Part shown: in pieces, positions 8,393 through 16,425 of the stretch
Layout: every line of letters begins with the position of its first letter
Position numbering within the stretch: position 1 is the stretch's first letter
Assembly (NCBI GenBank): GCA_016297645.1
Contig: JAEDGF010000002.1
Span: 5,266-69,265, forward strand
Length of the DNA stretch: 64,000 nt
Source of the DNA: Clostridiaceae bacterium
GTDB taxonomy: Bacteria > Bacillota > Clostridia > Oscillospirales > Acutalibacteraceae
Reading direction: 5' to 3'
Position numbers and translations under genes: made by a program
The notes under the pieces: model-generated
Database searches by the model: none
What the model saw: only the letters and a program-made list of their open reading frames with translations
What the model was told of the DNA's origin: nothing

Positions 8393-10174
8393 ATGGCACT
8401 TACAACTAACAAGTCCGTTCTTTCATGGATCGACGAAAAAGTTGATCTCGTAAAGCCTTCGCAGATCATTTGGATCGACGGCAGCGAGAGTCAGCTTGAC
8501 GCGCTTCGAGCAGAAGCAGTTGAAACAGGTGAGATGATCAAGCTCAACGAGGAACTTCTTCCCGGTTGCTATCTTCACAGAACAAAGCCCAACGATGTTG
8601 CCCGCGTTGAGGACAGAACCCTCATCTGCACTCCCACCGAAGAAGAGGCAGGTCCTACAAACCATTGGATGGAGCCCGGCGCCTGCTACAAAATGCTTTA
8701 TGATATCGCGAGAGATTCCTATAAGGGCAGAACAATGTATGTTATCCCTTATTCAATGGGTCCCGTCGGCTCAAAGTTTTCTAAGGTAGGTATCGAGCTT
8801 ACCGACTCAATCTATGTTGTTCTCAACATGGCTATTATGACAAGAGTCGGCAAGACTGTCCTTGATGTTCTCGGTGATTCCGATGACTGGGTTCGCGGAC
8901 TTCACTGCAAATGTGATGTTGATGCCGAAAAACGCTGGATTTGCCAGTTCCCTCAGGACAACACCATTATCTCCGTTAACTCCGCTTACGGCGGAAATGT
9001 TCTTCTCGGCAAAAAGTGCTTTGCTCTCCGTATTGCCTCCTATCAGGGCTGGAAAGAGGGCTGGCAGGCTGAGCATATGCTCATTCTCTGCGTTGAAAAG
9101 CCCAACGGCGAGAAGAAGTATGTCTGCGCTGCATTCCCCTCAGCTTGCGGCAAGACCAACCTCGCAATGCTTATTCCGCCCGAGGAGTACAAGAAGAAGG
9201 GCTACAAGGTCACTACTGTCGGCGACGATATTTCGTGGATACGCAAAGGCGCAGACGGCAGACTTTATGCCATCAACCCTGAAAACGGTTTCTTCGGCGT
9301 TGCTCCCGGCACTAACATGAAGTCGAATCCCAACGCTCTTATTTCCACACAGAAGGGCACCATTTTCACAAATGTATGCCACAACCTCGACAACAACACC
9401 GTTTGGTGGGAAGGACTCGACAAGAATCCGCCCACGAACGCTATCGACTGGAAGGGTAACCCCTGGAACGGTGCGGAATCCACAGAAAAGGGTGCTCATC
9501 CCAATTCAAGATTTACCGCTCCCGCAAAGAACTGCCCCTGCCTCAGCCCCGAGTTTGAAAATCCGGAAGGCGTGCCGATCTCCGCAATCGTTTTCGGCGG
9601 CAGACGCGCAAAGCTTGCTCCCCTGGTATATCAGTCAAGAGATTGGAACAACGGCGTATTCGTTGGTTCGATAATGGCTTCCGAAACAACCGCTGCGGCA
9701 GCAGGCGCTGTCGGTGTTGTTCGCCGTGACCCCATGGCAATGCTTCCTTTCTGCGGCTACAACATGGCTGATTACTGGCAGCACTGGATCGACATCGGCG
9801 CAGGACTTGATCCCGAAAAGGCTCCCAAGATATTCAATGTCAACTGGTTCAGAAAAGACGATGAAGGCAACTTCCTGTGGCCCGGCTTCGGCGACAACCT
9901 TCGTGTCCTCAACTGGATTCTTGACCGCTGCGACGGTAAGGTAGATGCTAAGGAAACAGCTATCGGTTATGTTCCTTATGCGGATGACATTGACCTCACC
10001 GGCATCGAGGACGAGGTTTCCAGGGAAACTCTTGCTTCCATCCTCACCGTTGAAAACGACCTTTGGAAGAACGAAGTCCCCGGCATCGAGGAGTTCTATG
10101 CAAAGTTCGGCGACAAGCTTCCGGCTGCTATCAGAGCAGAGCTTGAAACTCTTAAAAAGAACCTTGCCGACTGA
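8393..10174 (+). CDS. pck: Phosphoenolpyruvate carboxykinase (GTP-dependent)
   Basis: 593 aa. The kinase-1a/P-loop context FPSACGKTNLAML is characteristic of GTP-PEPCK. Confidence 0.92.
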   Translation: MALTTNKSVLSWIDEKVDLVKPSQIIWIDGSESQLDALRAEAVETGEMIKLNEELLPGCYLHRTKPNDVARVEDRTLICTPTEEEAGPTNHWMEPGACYKMLYDIARDSYKGRTMYVIPYSMGPVGSKFSKVGIELTDSIYVVLNMAIMTRVGKTVLDVLGDSDDWVRGLHCKCDVDAEKRWICQFPQDNTIISVNSAYGGNVLLGKKCFALRIASYQGWKEGWQAEHMLILCVEKPNGEKKYVCAAFPSACGKTNLAMLIPPEEYKKKGYKVTTVGDDISWIRKGADGRLYAINPENGFFGVAPGTNMKSNPNALISTQKGTIFTNVCHNLDNNTVWWEGLDKNPPTNAIDWKGNPWNGAESTEKGAHPNSRFTAPAKNCPCLSPEFENPEGVPISAIVFGGRRAKLAPLVYQSRDWNNGVFVGSIMASETTAAAAGAVGVVRRDPMAMLPFCGYNMADYWQHWIDIGAGLDPEKAPKIFNVNWFRKDDEGNFLWPGFGDNLRVLNWILDRCDGKVDAKETAIGYVPYADDIDLTGIEDEVSRETLASILTVENDLWKNEVPGIEEFYAKFGDKLPAAIRAELETLKKNLAD

Positions 10175-10184
10175 TAATTAAGTC

Positions 10185-10466
10185 TTAGGCTGACGGGATT
10201 CAAACCCATGTCGCCCGTCAGTGCCCCTTTTTGGCACTTTTCGCCCTTTTCGTCTTGACTTGCGTCAGCAAGCCTGCACCTCAAAAAACGAAAATTGCTC
10301 AAAAATTGTCTACTGTCGGGTGCAGAGCAGTTTTGCCTGAGCTGATTTTTGTTCAGGCAAGGCAAAGCCCGCAGCGAATACTTGATGTATTTGCAAGGGT
10401 TTTAACGCGGCATGAGCGAAAATCAGCCGGTCAAAACCGACACGGGTTCAAGTCCCGTCAGCCTAA
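10185..10466. repeat. 282-nt non-coding segment bounded by 29-nt imperfect inverted repeats resembling tRNA T-arm plus acceptor 3' ends
   Basis: Left arm ttaggctgacgggattcaaacccatgtcg (10185-10213). Right arm cgacacgggttcaagtcccgtcagcctaa (10438-10466). 25 of 29 positions are complementary. The right arm reads as T-stem acggg, T-loop ttcaagt, cccgt, then acceptor cagccta. Confidence 0.6.
10190..10245 (+). terminator. Probable pck terminator (two adjacent hairpins)
   Basis: ctgacggg/cccgtcag (10190-10197 / 10214-10221), then agtgcc/ggcact (10220-10225 / 10233-10238), followed by ttttcgccctttt. Confidence 0.5.
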
Positions 10467-10474
10467 ATAAGAAG

Positions 10475-10525
10475 CAGCCCCGCCGCATATCACTGCGACA
10501 GGGCTGTTTTGCTTTTGTTTTTTTT
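10475..10525 (+). terminator. Intrinsic terminator, better oriented for the + strand; also lies just past the dapA stop
   Basis: cagccc (10475-10480) / gggctg (10501-10506), followed by ttttgcttttgtttttttt. Confidence 0.65.
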
Positions 10526-10526
10526 G

Positions 10527-11423
10527 TTAAACTAAATTCAGTTTTGTGAGTTCTTCGATAATTCTCTCTTTGTTCTTTTCCGACAGCTCGGTAAGAGGAA
10601 GTCGTACCGCGTCCGAAACGGTGCCGCCGGACAGGAGAGAGTAGGCGAATTTTACCGGTATGGGGTTTACTTCGCAGAAAAGCAGATTCATAAGGCGAAG
10701 TACACTGTAAAAGATGCCGTGGCCTTTTTCATTTTCCCCCTCAGACAGGCATTTGCACATTTCATGTATTCTGTCGGGTATGATGTTTGACGCTACTGAA
10801 ATAACTCCCTTTGCTCCGGCGTTCATCATTGACGGCGTAAGGTCGTCGTTGCCGGAATAGTAATCAAGTGAGGAGCCGCACAGCTCGACTGTTTTAAGAA
10901 ATTTTGACATATCGGGGTCGGCTTCCTTGATTGCCGAAATGTTTTTATGTTCTGCGAGAGCCTTGTATGTTTCCGGTGCGACGGAAACTCCGGTTCTTGA
11001 CGGAACATCATAAACAATAATGGGCGTGCTGACTCTGTCCGCGATATAGGCGTAGTGTTTTACTATGCCCTCCTGCGTACATTTATTATAATAGGGAGTG
11101 ACGATTAACAGACCGTCAACTCCCTCTTTTTCAGCCGCATTCGATTTGCGGACTGCTTCCTCTGTATTATTTGAACCCGTGCCGGCAATAACCGGGATCT
11201 TTCCGTTCGAAAAATTGACCGCTGCCGAAAACAGACTCTGTTTTTCGTTTGCCGTCAGGACAGGGGATTCTCCGGTAGTTCCGGCAACTACGAACGCATC
11301 GGCGTGATTTTCTTTCTGAAATTCCAGAAGTTCTTCAAATCCTTTGATATCAACATTTTTGCCGTCCTGTGTAAAAGGCGTGATAAGCGCAGTGGCACAG
11401 CCGGTAAAAATCGTCTTTTTCAA
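10527..11423 (-). CDS. dapA: 4-hydroxy-tetrahydrodipicolinate synthase
   Basis: 298 aa with DapA-family features (GTTGESPVLT, the YDVPSRTG context). Adjacent to asd. Confidence 0.9.
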   Translation of the reverse strand: MKKTIFTGCATALITPFTQDGKNVDIKGFEELLEFQKENHADAFVVAGTTGESPVLTANEKQSLFSAAVNFSNGKIPVIAGTGSNNTEEAVRKSNAAEKEGVDGLLIVTPYYNKCTQEGIVKHYAYIADRVSTPIIVYDVPSRTGVSVAPETYKALAEHKNISAIKEADPDMSKFLKTVELCGSSLDYYSGNDDLTPSMMNAGAKGVISVASNIIPDRIHEMCKCLSEGENEKGHGIFYSVLRLMNLLFCEVNPIPVKFAYSLLSGGTVSDAVRLPLTELSEKNKERIIEELTKLNLV

Positions 11424-11432
11424 AAAATCACC

Positions 11433-12530
11433 TTAGTTTGTTTTTGGCTCAATATAACCTTCCGCGCAGAGAAGCTCGGCTGCAAGTACCGCTCCGCCTG
11501 CCGCACCTCTGAGTGTATTATGTGACAGACAAACAAACTTATAGTCGTATTGCGTGTCCTCTCTCAGCCGTCCTATCGATACTGCCATTCCGCCTTCAAG
11601 ATCGCGGTGGAGCTTTGTCTGCGGCATATTATCCTCGGTAAAATAGTGGAGGAACTGCTTGGGGGCATGAGGGAGTGAAAGTTCCTGCGGTCTGCCCTTG
11701 AAGTTTTTCCATACTTCCAGTATTTCTTCCTTTGTCGGCTTTTTCTCAAAACGGACAAAAACAGCAGCCATGTGACCGTCCGAAACGGGAACTCTCAGGC
11801 ACTGAGCCGTAAAATTCGGACCTGACGCCGGTACGATTTCGCCGTCAACGACCTTGCCCCATATTTTAAGCGGTTCTTTTTCGCTTTTTTCTTCCTCACC
11901 GCCGATATAGGGGATAACATTGTCGATCATTTCCGGCCATCTGTCAAAAGTTTTGCCTGCGCCCGAAATTGCCTGATATGTGCAGACAAGCACATCCTTT
12001 ACGCCGAATTTTTCATCGAGCGGATAGAGTGCCGGAACATAGCTTTGAAGCGAGCAGTTTGATTTAACGGCAATAAAGCCTCTTTTTGTACCGAGGCGCT
12101 TTTTCTGGTGTTCGATGACTTTGCAGTGTTCGCCGTTTATCTCGGGGATTATCATGGGAACATCAGGCGTGAAACGGTTTGCGCTGTTGTTTGAAACAAC
12201 GGGACACTCGGCCTTGGCATATGCGGTTTCCAGTGCCTTTATCTCGTCCTTGGGCATATCGACTGCGCAAAAAACGAAATCGACAGCGGCTGCGATTTTC
12301 TCTATGTCGGCGGTCGCGTCAAGTACCGTCATTTTCTTTACTTCCTCGGGGATAGCAGAAGTCATTACCCATCTGCCTCCGAGTGCTTCTTCATAAGTTT
12401 TACCGGCTGAACGGGGACTTGCGGCAAGGGCTGTAATTGTGAACCACGGATGCTCGGCGAGAAGAGTTATAAATCTCTGACCTACCATTCCCGTTGCGCC
12501 GACTATGCCGACTTTATAATGCTTTTCCAT
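11433..12530 (-). CDS. asd: Aspartate-semialdehyde dehydrogenase
   Basis: N-terminal Rossmann motif VGIVGATGMVGQRF and active-site context SNCSLQS. 365 aa. Confidence 0.9.
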   Translation of the reverse strand: MEKHYKVGIVGATGMVGQRFITLLAEHPWFTITALAASPRSAGKTYEEALGGRWVMTSAIPEEVKKMTVLDATADIEKIAAAVDFVFCAVDMPKDEIKALETAYAKAECPVVSNNSANRFTPDVPMIIPEINGEHCKVIEHQKKRLGTKRGFIAVKSNCSLQSYVPALYPLDEKFGVKDVLVCTYQAISGAGKTFDRWPEMIDNVIPYIGGEEEKSEKEPLKIWGKVVDGEIVPASGPNFTAQCLRVPVSDGHMAAVFVRFEKKPTKEEILEVWKNFKGRPQELSLPHAPKQFLHYFTEDNMPQTKLHRDLEGGMAVSIGRLREDTQYDYKFVCLSHNTLRGAAGGAVLAAELLCAEGYIEPKTN

Positions 12531-12614
12531 TTTGCGACCTCCTTGATATAATGTATATGCAAAAAGGCGATAAAAGTATTGCGCCTTCTTGTTTTTTGTG
12601 CTATTATTTTTATG

Positions 12615-12643
12615 ATTTTATCATTGATTGAAGGATAAGTCAA
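12615..12643 (-). promoter_or_regulatory. SigA-type promoter for asd-dapA (TTGACT-17-TAAAAT on the minus strand)
   Basis: -35 is the reverse complement of 12638-12643 and -10 of 12615-12620. An 8-bp palindrome (12624-12631 / 12640-12647) overlaps the -35. Confidence 0.55.
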
Positions 12644-12691
12644 TCAAAAACAGCAGAGAATATATTATTTGCGGATATTTTGGAGCTTTGT

Positions 12692-13717
12692 ATGAAAAAA
12701 AGTGATTTCTATTTTGATCTTCCCGAAGAATTGATAGCACAGGAGCCTATCCCGGAGCGTGACCATTCGCGTTTGCTTGTTTTGGGGCGTAATACCGGCA
12801 CTGTCGAGCATCACCGTTTCTATGAAATTGTCGATTATCTGAACGAGGGTGATTGTCTTGTCCTGAATAATTCGAGAGTTCTCCCCGCACGCCTTTACGG
12901 AATCAAAGACGAAACGGGTGCAAAGGTGGAGTTTCTTCTTTTGAATAACTGCGGCGACGATGTGTGGGAATGCATTGCCGGTCCCGGTAAACGCGCAAAA
13001 GAAAATACCGAATTCACCTTCGGTGACGGAGTTATGCGCGGAAAGGTCACTCGCGTACTCGAAAACGGCAACAGACTTGTGAAGTTTACCTACGACGGTA
13101 TTTTTCTTGAAAGGCTCGAACAGATCGGTGAAATGCCGCTGCCGCACTACATTACTCATAAGCTTGACGACAAAGAAAGATATCAAACCGTTTATGCGAA
13201 ATTGAACGGTTCGGCTGCCGCTCCGACTGCCGGACTTCATTACACTCCCGAGCTTCTCGAAAAAATAAAAGCCAAGGGCGTAAAGATCGCTTACATTACT
13301 CTCCATGTCGGCATAGGAACCTTTCGCCCGGTTAAAACCGAAAATATAGAAGAGCATAATATGCATTATGAGAACTATTCAATTTCGCCAGAGGCAGCCG
13401 CTCTCATAAACGAGACAAAAAAGAACGGCGGAAGAATCATCTGCAACGGCACTACCTGCTGTCGTACCCTTGAATCCGCTTGCGATGAAAACGGTTTTGT
13501 TAAGGCGTGCAGCAACTCTACGAACATTTTTATCTATCCCGGGTATCACTTCAAGTGCATAGACGCGCTTATTACAAATTTTCATCTGCCCGAGAGTACG
13601 CTGATAATGCTTGTTTCAGCATTCTGCGGCAGAGAAAACACCCTTAACGCCTACAAGATCGCCATTGAAGAACGCTACCGCTTCTTCTCGTTCGGTGATG
13701 CAATGTTTATAGTGTAA
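12692..13717 (+). CDS. queA: S-adenosylmethionine:tRNA ribosyltransferase-isomerase
   Basis: [20 protein letters not shown]-terminus, [11 protein letters not shown] and [10 protein letters not shown] are QueA hallmarks. Confidence 0.92.
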   Translation: MKKSDFYFDLPEELIAQEPIPERDHSRLLVLGRNTGTVEHHRFYEIVDYLNEGDCLVLNNSRVLPARLYGIKDETGAKVEFLLLNNCGDDVWECIAGPGKRAKENTEFTFGDGVMRGKVTRVLENGNRLVKFTYDGIFLERLEQIGEMPLPHYITHKLDDKERYQTVYAKLNGSAAAPTAGLHYTPELLEKIKAKGVKIAYITLHVGIGTFRPVKTENIEEHNMHYENYSISPEAAALINETKKNGGRIICNGTTCCRTLESACDENGFVKACSNSTNIFIYPGYHFKCIDALITNFHLPESTLIMLVSAFCGRENTLNAYKIAIEERYRFFSFGDAMFIV

Positions 13718-13782
13718 ATTTTGTTTTTATGTCTTTGTTACTCGGGAAATTGCGTAACATGACTTTATAAACGAAGAAAAAA

Positions 13783-13826
13783 ACAGGAGGCTCCGATTTT
13801 GTCGGTTAACCTCCTGTACTTTTTTC
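13783..13826. terminator. Bidirectional terminator between the convergent queA and pncB genes
   Basis: acaggagg (13783-13790) / cctcctgt (13810-13817), flanked by an A-run upstream and a T-run downstream. Confidence 0.7.
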
Positions 13827-13838
13827 TGTACTGTTTTA

Positions 13839-15299
13839 TTATTTGTTTTGTAAGCACTCATCAATGAGATGCTGCTTTTTGTCCCAAAGCCTCTGGGTAA
13901 GATCGACATAGTAATTATGCGGATATTCGAATCTGACGACTTCCTCCCACAAGGTGTCTATCTGTTCGGAGCAGTAACTTCTTATGGCTTTCGTATCGGG
14001 GGAGGAATAAACCAGCTTTCCGCCGGAGTAGACGGGAACGAGCAGACGGCGCGCAACAAAATTGTGAACCGTTTTGCGCTTCCATGTGTAGTCGGGGTCG
14101 AAAAGATCATAGGAGTTGACCTTGGACAGATCTTCGTCTTCGAGGGAGATAACATCCGCGATAGCTTTTCCGGTTTCACTGTCGAACAAGCGCCAAAGAA
14201 GCTTCGGACAAGGCGTTGTAATTTTTTGAACATTTTCGGATATTTTGATTTTCGGAACGATCTCGCCGTTCTTTTCAATCGCCGACAGCTTATACACACC
14301 TGCCATAACGGGGTTGGACGCGGAGGTGATAAGCCTTTCTCCTACGAGGAAGGAGTCAATACGGGCACCGTTTTGCAGCATATCCCTGATTATGTATTCA
14401 TCGAGTGAATTCGACGCGTAAATATTGCAGTCGGGGAAACCGGCATCGTTGAGGACTCTGCGAATCTTCTTCGAAAGATATGCGAGGTCGCCGCTGTCGA
14501 TACGGACACCCTTGGGGCGCTTGCCCATCGGGACGAGGACATCGTTGAATGCTTTTATCGCGTTGGGAAGCCCCTTATCCATTGTGTCGTATGTGTCAAT
14601 TAGCAGAATGCAGTCGTCGGGGTAAGTTTCCGCAAATTTGCAGAAGGCATCATATTCGCTGTCGAACATCTGAATCCATGTATGGCTCATTGAGCCGAAC
14701 AGTGGTATCGAAAAGGTCTGGGAAGCGCCGACATTTGTTGTTGCGCAGCAGCCGCCGATATAAGCGCTTCTCGCTCCGTTCATGGCGGAAGAAATTCCGT
14801 GAGCGCGTCTTGCGCCGAATTCGATTACTTCGCGTCCCTGTGCGGCGCGGACGATTCTGTTTGCTTTTGTCGCGATAAGCGACTGATGATTGATAGACTG
14901 TAAAATTATGGTTTCAAGGAGCTGTGCCTGAATTATCGGACCGCGAACCTTAACGACCGGTTCGTTTGCAAAAATGGGAGTGCCTTCGGGAACAGCCCAT
15001 ACATCGCATTCGAATTTGAACGACGCGAGGTAATTAAGAAAATCCTCGCTCAGCCCTTTTTGTCTTAAAAACTCGATCTCATCCTCGGAAAAACTGAGAT
15101 TTTCGATATATTCGACGAACTGCTGGATTCCTGCCATAATGCAGAAACCGCCCAAATCCTTTGAGGGTCGGTAAAACATATCGAACCACGCAACGGTGTT
15201 TCCGCTTCCGTTGGCAAGAAAACCGGCGGATTGAGCAAGCTCGTAAAAATCAAAAAGCATTTCGCACTTTTTTAACGATGAATTATTCATTGCAGCCAT
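13839..15299 (-). CDS. pncB: Nicotinate phosphoribosyltransferase
   Basis: 486 aa. The NAPRTase-family layout (FGARRAHG, the SHTWIQ context) was recognised from the translation. Confidence 0.85.
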   Translation of the reverse strand: MAAMNNSSLKKCEMLFDFYELAQSAGFLANGSGNTVAWFDMFYRPSKDLGGFCIMAGIQQFVEYIENLSFSEDEIEFLRQKGLSEDFLNYLASFKFECDVWAVPEGTPIFANEPVVKVRGPIIQAQLLETIILQSINHQSLIATKANRIVRAAQGREVIEFGARRAHGISSAMNGARSAYIGGCCATTNVGASQTFSIPLFGSMSHTWIQMFDSEYDAFCKFAETYPDDCILLIDTYDTMDKGLPNAIKAFNDVLVPMGKRPKGVRIDSGDLAYLSKKIRRVLNDAGFPDCNIYASNSLDEYIIRDMLQNGARIDSFLVGERLITSASNPVMAGVYKLSAIEKNGEIVPKIKISENVQKITTPCPKLLWRLFDSETGKAIADVISLEDEDLSKVNSYDLFDPDYTWKRKTVHNFVARRLLVPVYSGGKLVYSSPDTKAIRSYCSEQIDTLWEEVVRFEYPHNYYVDLTQRLWDKKQHLIDECLQNK

Positions 15300-15388
15300 C
15301 TCCGTTACTGTTATTTCATCTACTATATTTTACCACAAAGGAGTCGGACAAGCAACAGTAATTTGAAATAATATTGCTTAAATAGTTG

Positions 15389-15418
15389 TTGACAAAAAAG
15401 ACAAAAGTATGATACTAT
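15389..15418 (+). promoter_or_regulatory. SigA-type promoter (TTGACA, TG-extended -10 TACTAT or ATACTA)
   Basis: TTGACA at 15389-15394. tatgatactat lies 17-18 nt downstream. Confidence 0.5.
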
Positions 15419-15419
15419 T

Positions 15420-15616
15420 TTGTTGGATTTGAGTAGAACTGCCGTTTTTACAACAAAAAAAAGATATCTGCGTATTTTTCGGCTGAAAAATGAAAGAGGC
15501 AGACGGCAACAAAAGCCGTGCTGTCGAAACGGGGAATCGTTTGTCGGCTGCCGTCGGATTTTTGGAAAAATTGTTTTCGGCAGCTCTGTTTTAATCGTAA
15601 AAAGGGGGATATAAAA
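15420..15616 (+). promoter_or_regulatory. About 200-nt structured leader with mutually exclusive helices and two U-tracts
   Basis: Helix A is gacggca (15502-15508) / tgccgtc (15549-15555), then ggattttt. Helix B is gctgccg (15547-15553) / cggcagc (15578-15584), then tctgtttt. The two helices share nt 15549-15553. Confidence 0.4.
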
Positions 15617-15868
15617 ATGAGATTACGGTCACAGGAGCTTGGCTCGCGCAACATCATAGGTGCGCGTGTTGAGCAAAAAAGAAAAGAACTCGGCTTGAAG
15701 CAGAAGGATCTGCTTGCGAGAATTCAGGTAAAGGGAATCGAGCTTAACTCCTCGGGGCTTTCAAAGCTCGAAGGGCAGATAAGAAGCGTCAGCGATTACG
15801 AGCTTCTTGCGCTCTCGGAAGCGCTCGGCGTGTCCGTCTTGTGGCTATTGGGGCTTGAAGACGACTGA
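15617..15868 (+). CDS. XRE-family helix-turn-helix transcriptional regulator (83 aa)
   Basis: ATG 15617 follows AAAGGGGGA. HTH segment GLKQKDLLARIQVKGIELNSSGLSKLE. Confidence 0.75.
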   Translation: MRLRSQELGSRNIIGARVEQKRKELGLKQKDLLARIQVKGIELNSSGLSKLEGQIRSVSDYELLALSEALGVSVLWLLGLEDD

Positions 15869-15915
15869 GAAAATCGTTTTTCGGCTTAAAAAAGCGAAAG
15901 ATTGTATTTCAACTG

Positions 15916-15944
15916 TTGCATTCACGCGTAAAAAGATATATAAT
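15916..15944 (+). promoter_or_regulatory. SigA-type promoter (TTGCAT-17-TATAAT)
   Basis: -35 at 15916-15921 and -10 at 15939-15944. Confidence 0.55.
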
Positions 15945-15993
15945 AATTCTGTCTGTTTTATTACGGGCAGATTTATTTTTTTGGTGGTAATTG

Positions 15994-16425
15994 ATGGTAA
16001 GGGATAAGCTGAAAAAAGCGCGTGCAACCAGCGGCTATACGCAAGATGAAATGGCTGCTATTCTCGGTGTTGACCGTTCGACATATTCGTACTACGAAAC
16101 CGGCAGGACCGATATACCCGTAAAGGTACTCATGGCGGCAGCATCGGTTTTTGATATCGCGTTCGAATGGTTTATTACTCCCGATATGAAGCCGCTTAAA
16201 CCCATTGAACAGTTTAACCCGGTTCTTAACAGCGTTAATATTTTTCTGCCCGAAACGCTTCCGAAGGACGCGGGGGATTCCGAAGGGGAATCCGGTGCCG
16301 CTCATTTTACGAGCGAAGAACGGATAATCATTGCCCGTTACCGCATACTGAAAGAAGCCGGGCGTGATAAGGAAATCGACAAATATATGAGCGACCTTGT
16401 TGCGGAAGAAATGGACAAGATTTAA
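15994..16425 (+). CDS. XRE-family HTH protein with an uncharacterised C-terminal extension
   Basis: HTH segment SGYTQDEMAAILGVDRSTYSYYETG. The stop overlaps the start of the next gene (TAATG at 16423-16427). Confidence 0.75.
   Translation: MVRDKLKKARATSGYTQDEMAAILGVDRSTYSYYETGRTDIPVKVLMAAASVFDIAFEWFITPDMKPLKPIEQFNPVLNSVNIFLPETLPKDAGDSEGESGAAHFTSEERIIIARYRILKEAGRDKEIDKYMSDLVAEEMDKI

Noticed and set aside
10186-10466. tmRNA (ssrA) hypothesis for the tRNA-like inverted-repeat segment
   Set aside because: An acceptor-like stem and T-arm are present. However, there is no G3:U70 pair (G3 pairs with C) and no plausible tag ORF ending in a hydrophobic xAA-stop. No pseudoknot pattern is visible, and the length (about 280 nt) is short. 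The SRP RNA motif (GGAA tetraloop with AGCAGCC context), the RNase P P4 motif (GAGGAAAGUCC) and a 6S-like architecture were also not seen.
10231-10470. 79-aa + strand ORF inside the pck-dapA intergenic segment
   Set aside because: It has no RBS and a low-complexity, basic composition. It spans the hairpins and runs into the tRNA-like arm, so it is most likely non-coding.
12531-12680. Lysine riboswitch (L-box) upstream of asd-dapA
   Set aside because: The leader is only about 85 nt from the predicted -10 to the ATG and lacks the multi-helix L-box architecture.
12665-13366. 233-aa minus-strand ORF
   Set aside because: It is antisense to queA, which carries diagnostic motifs.
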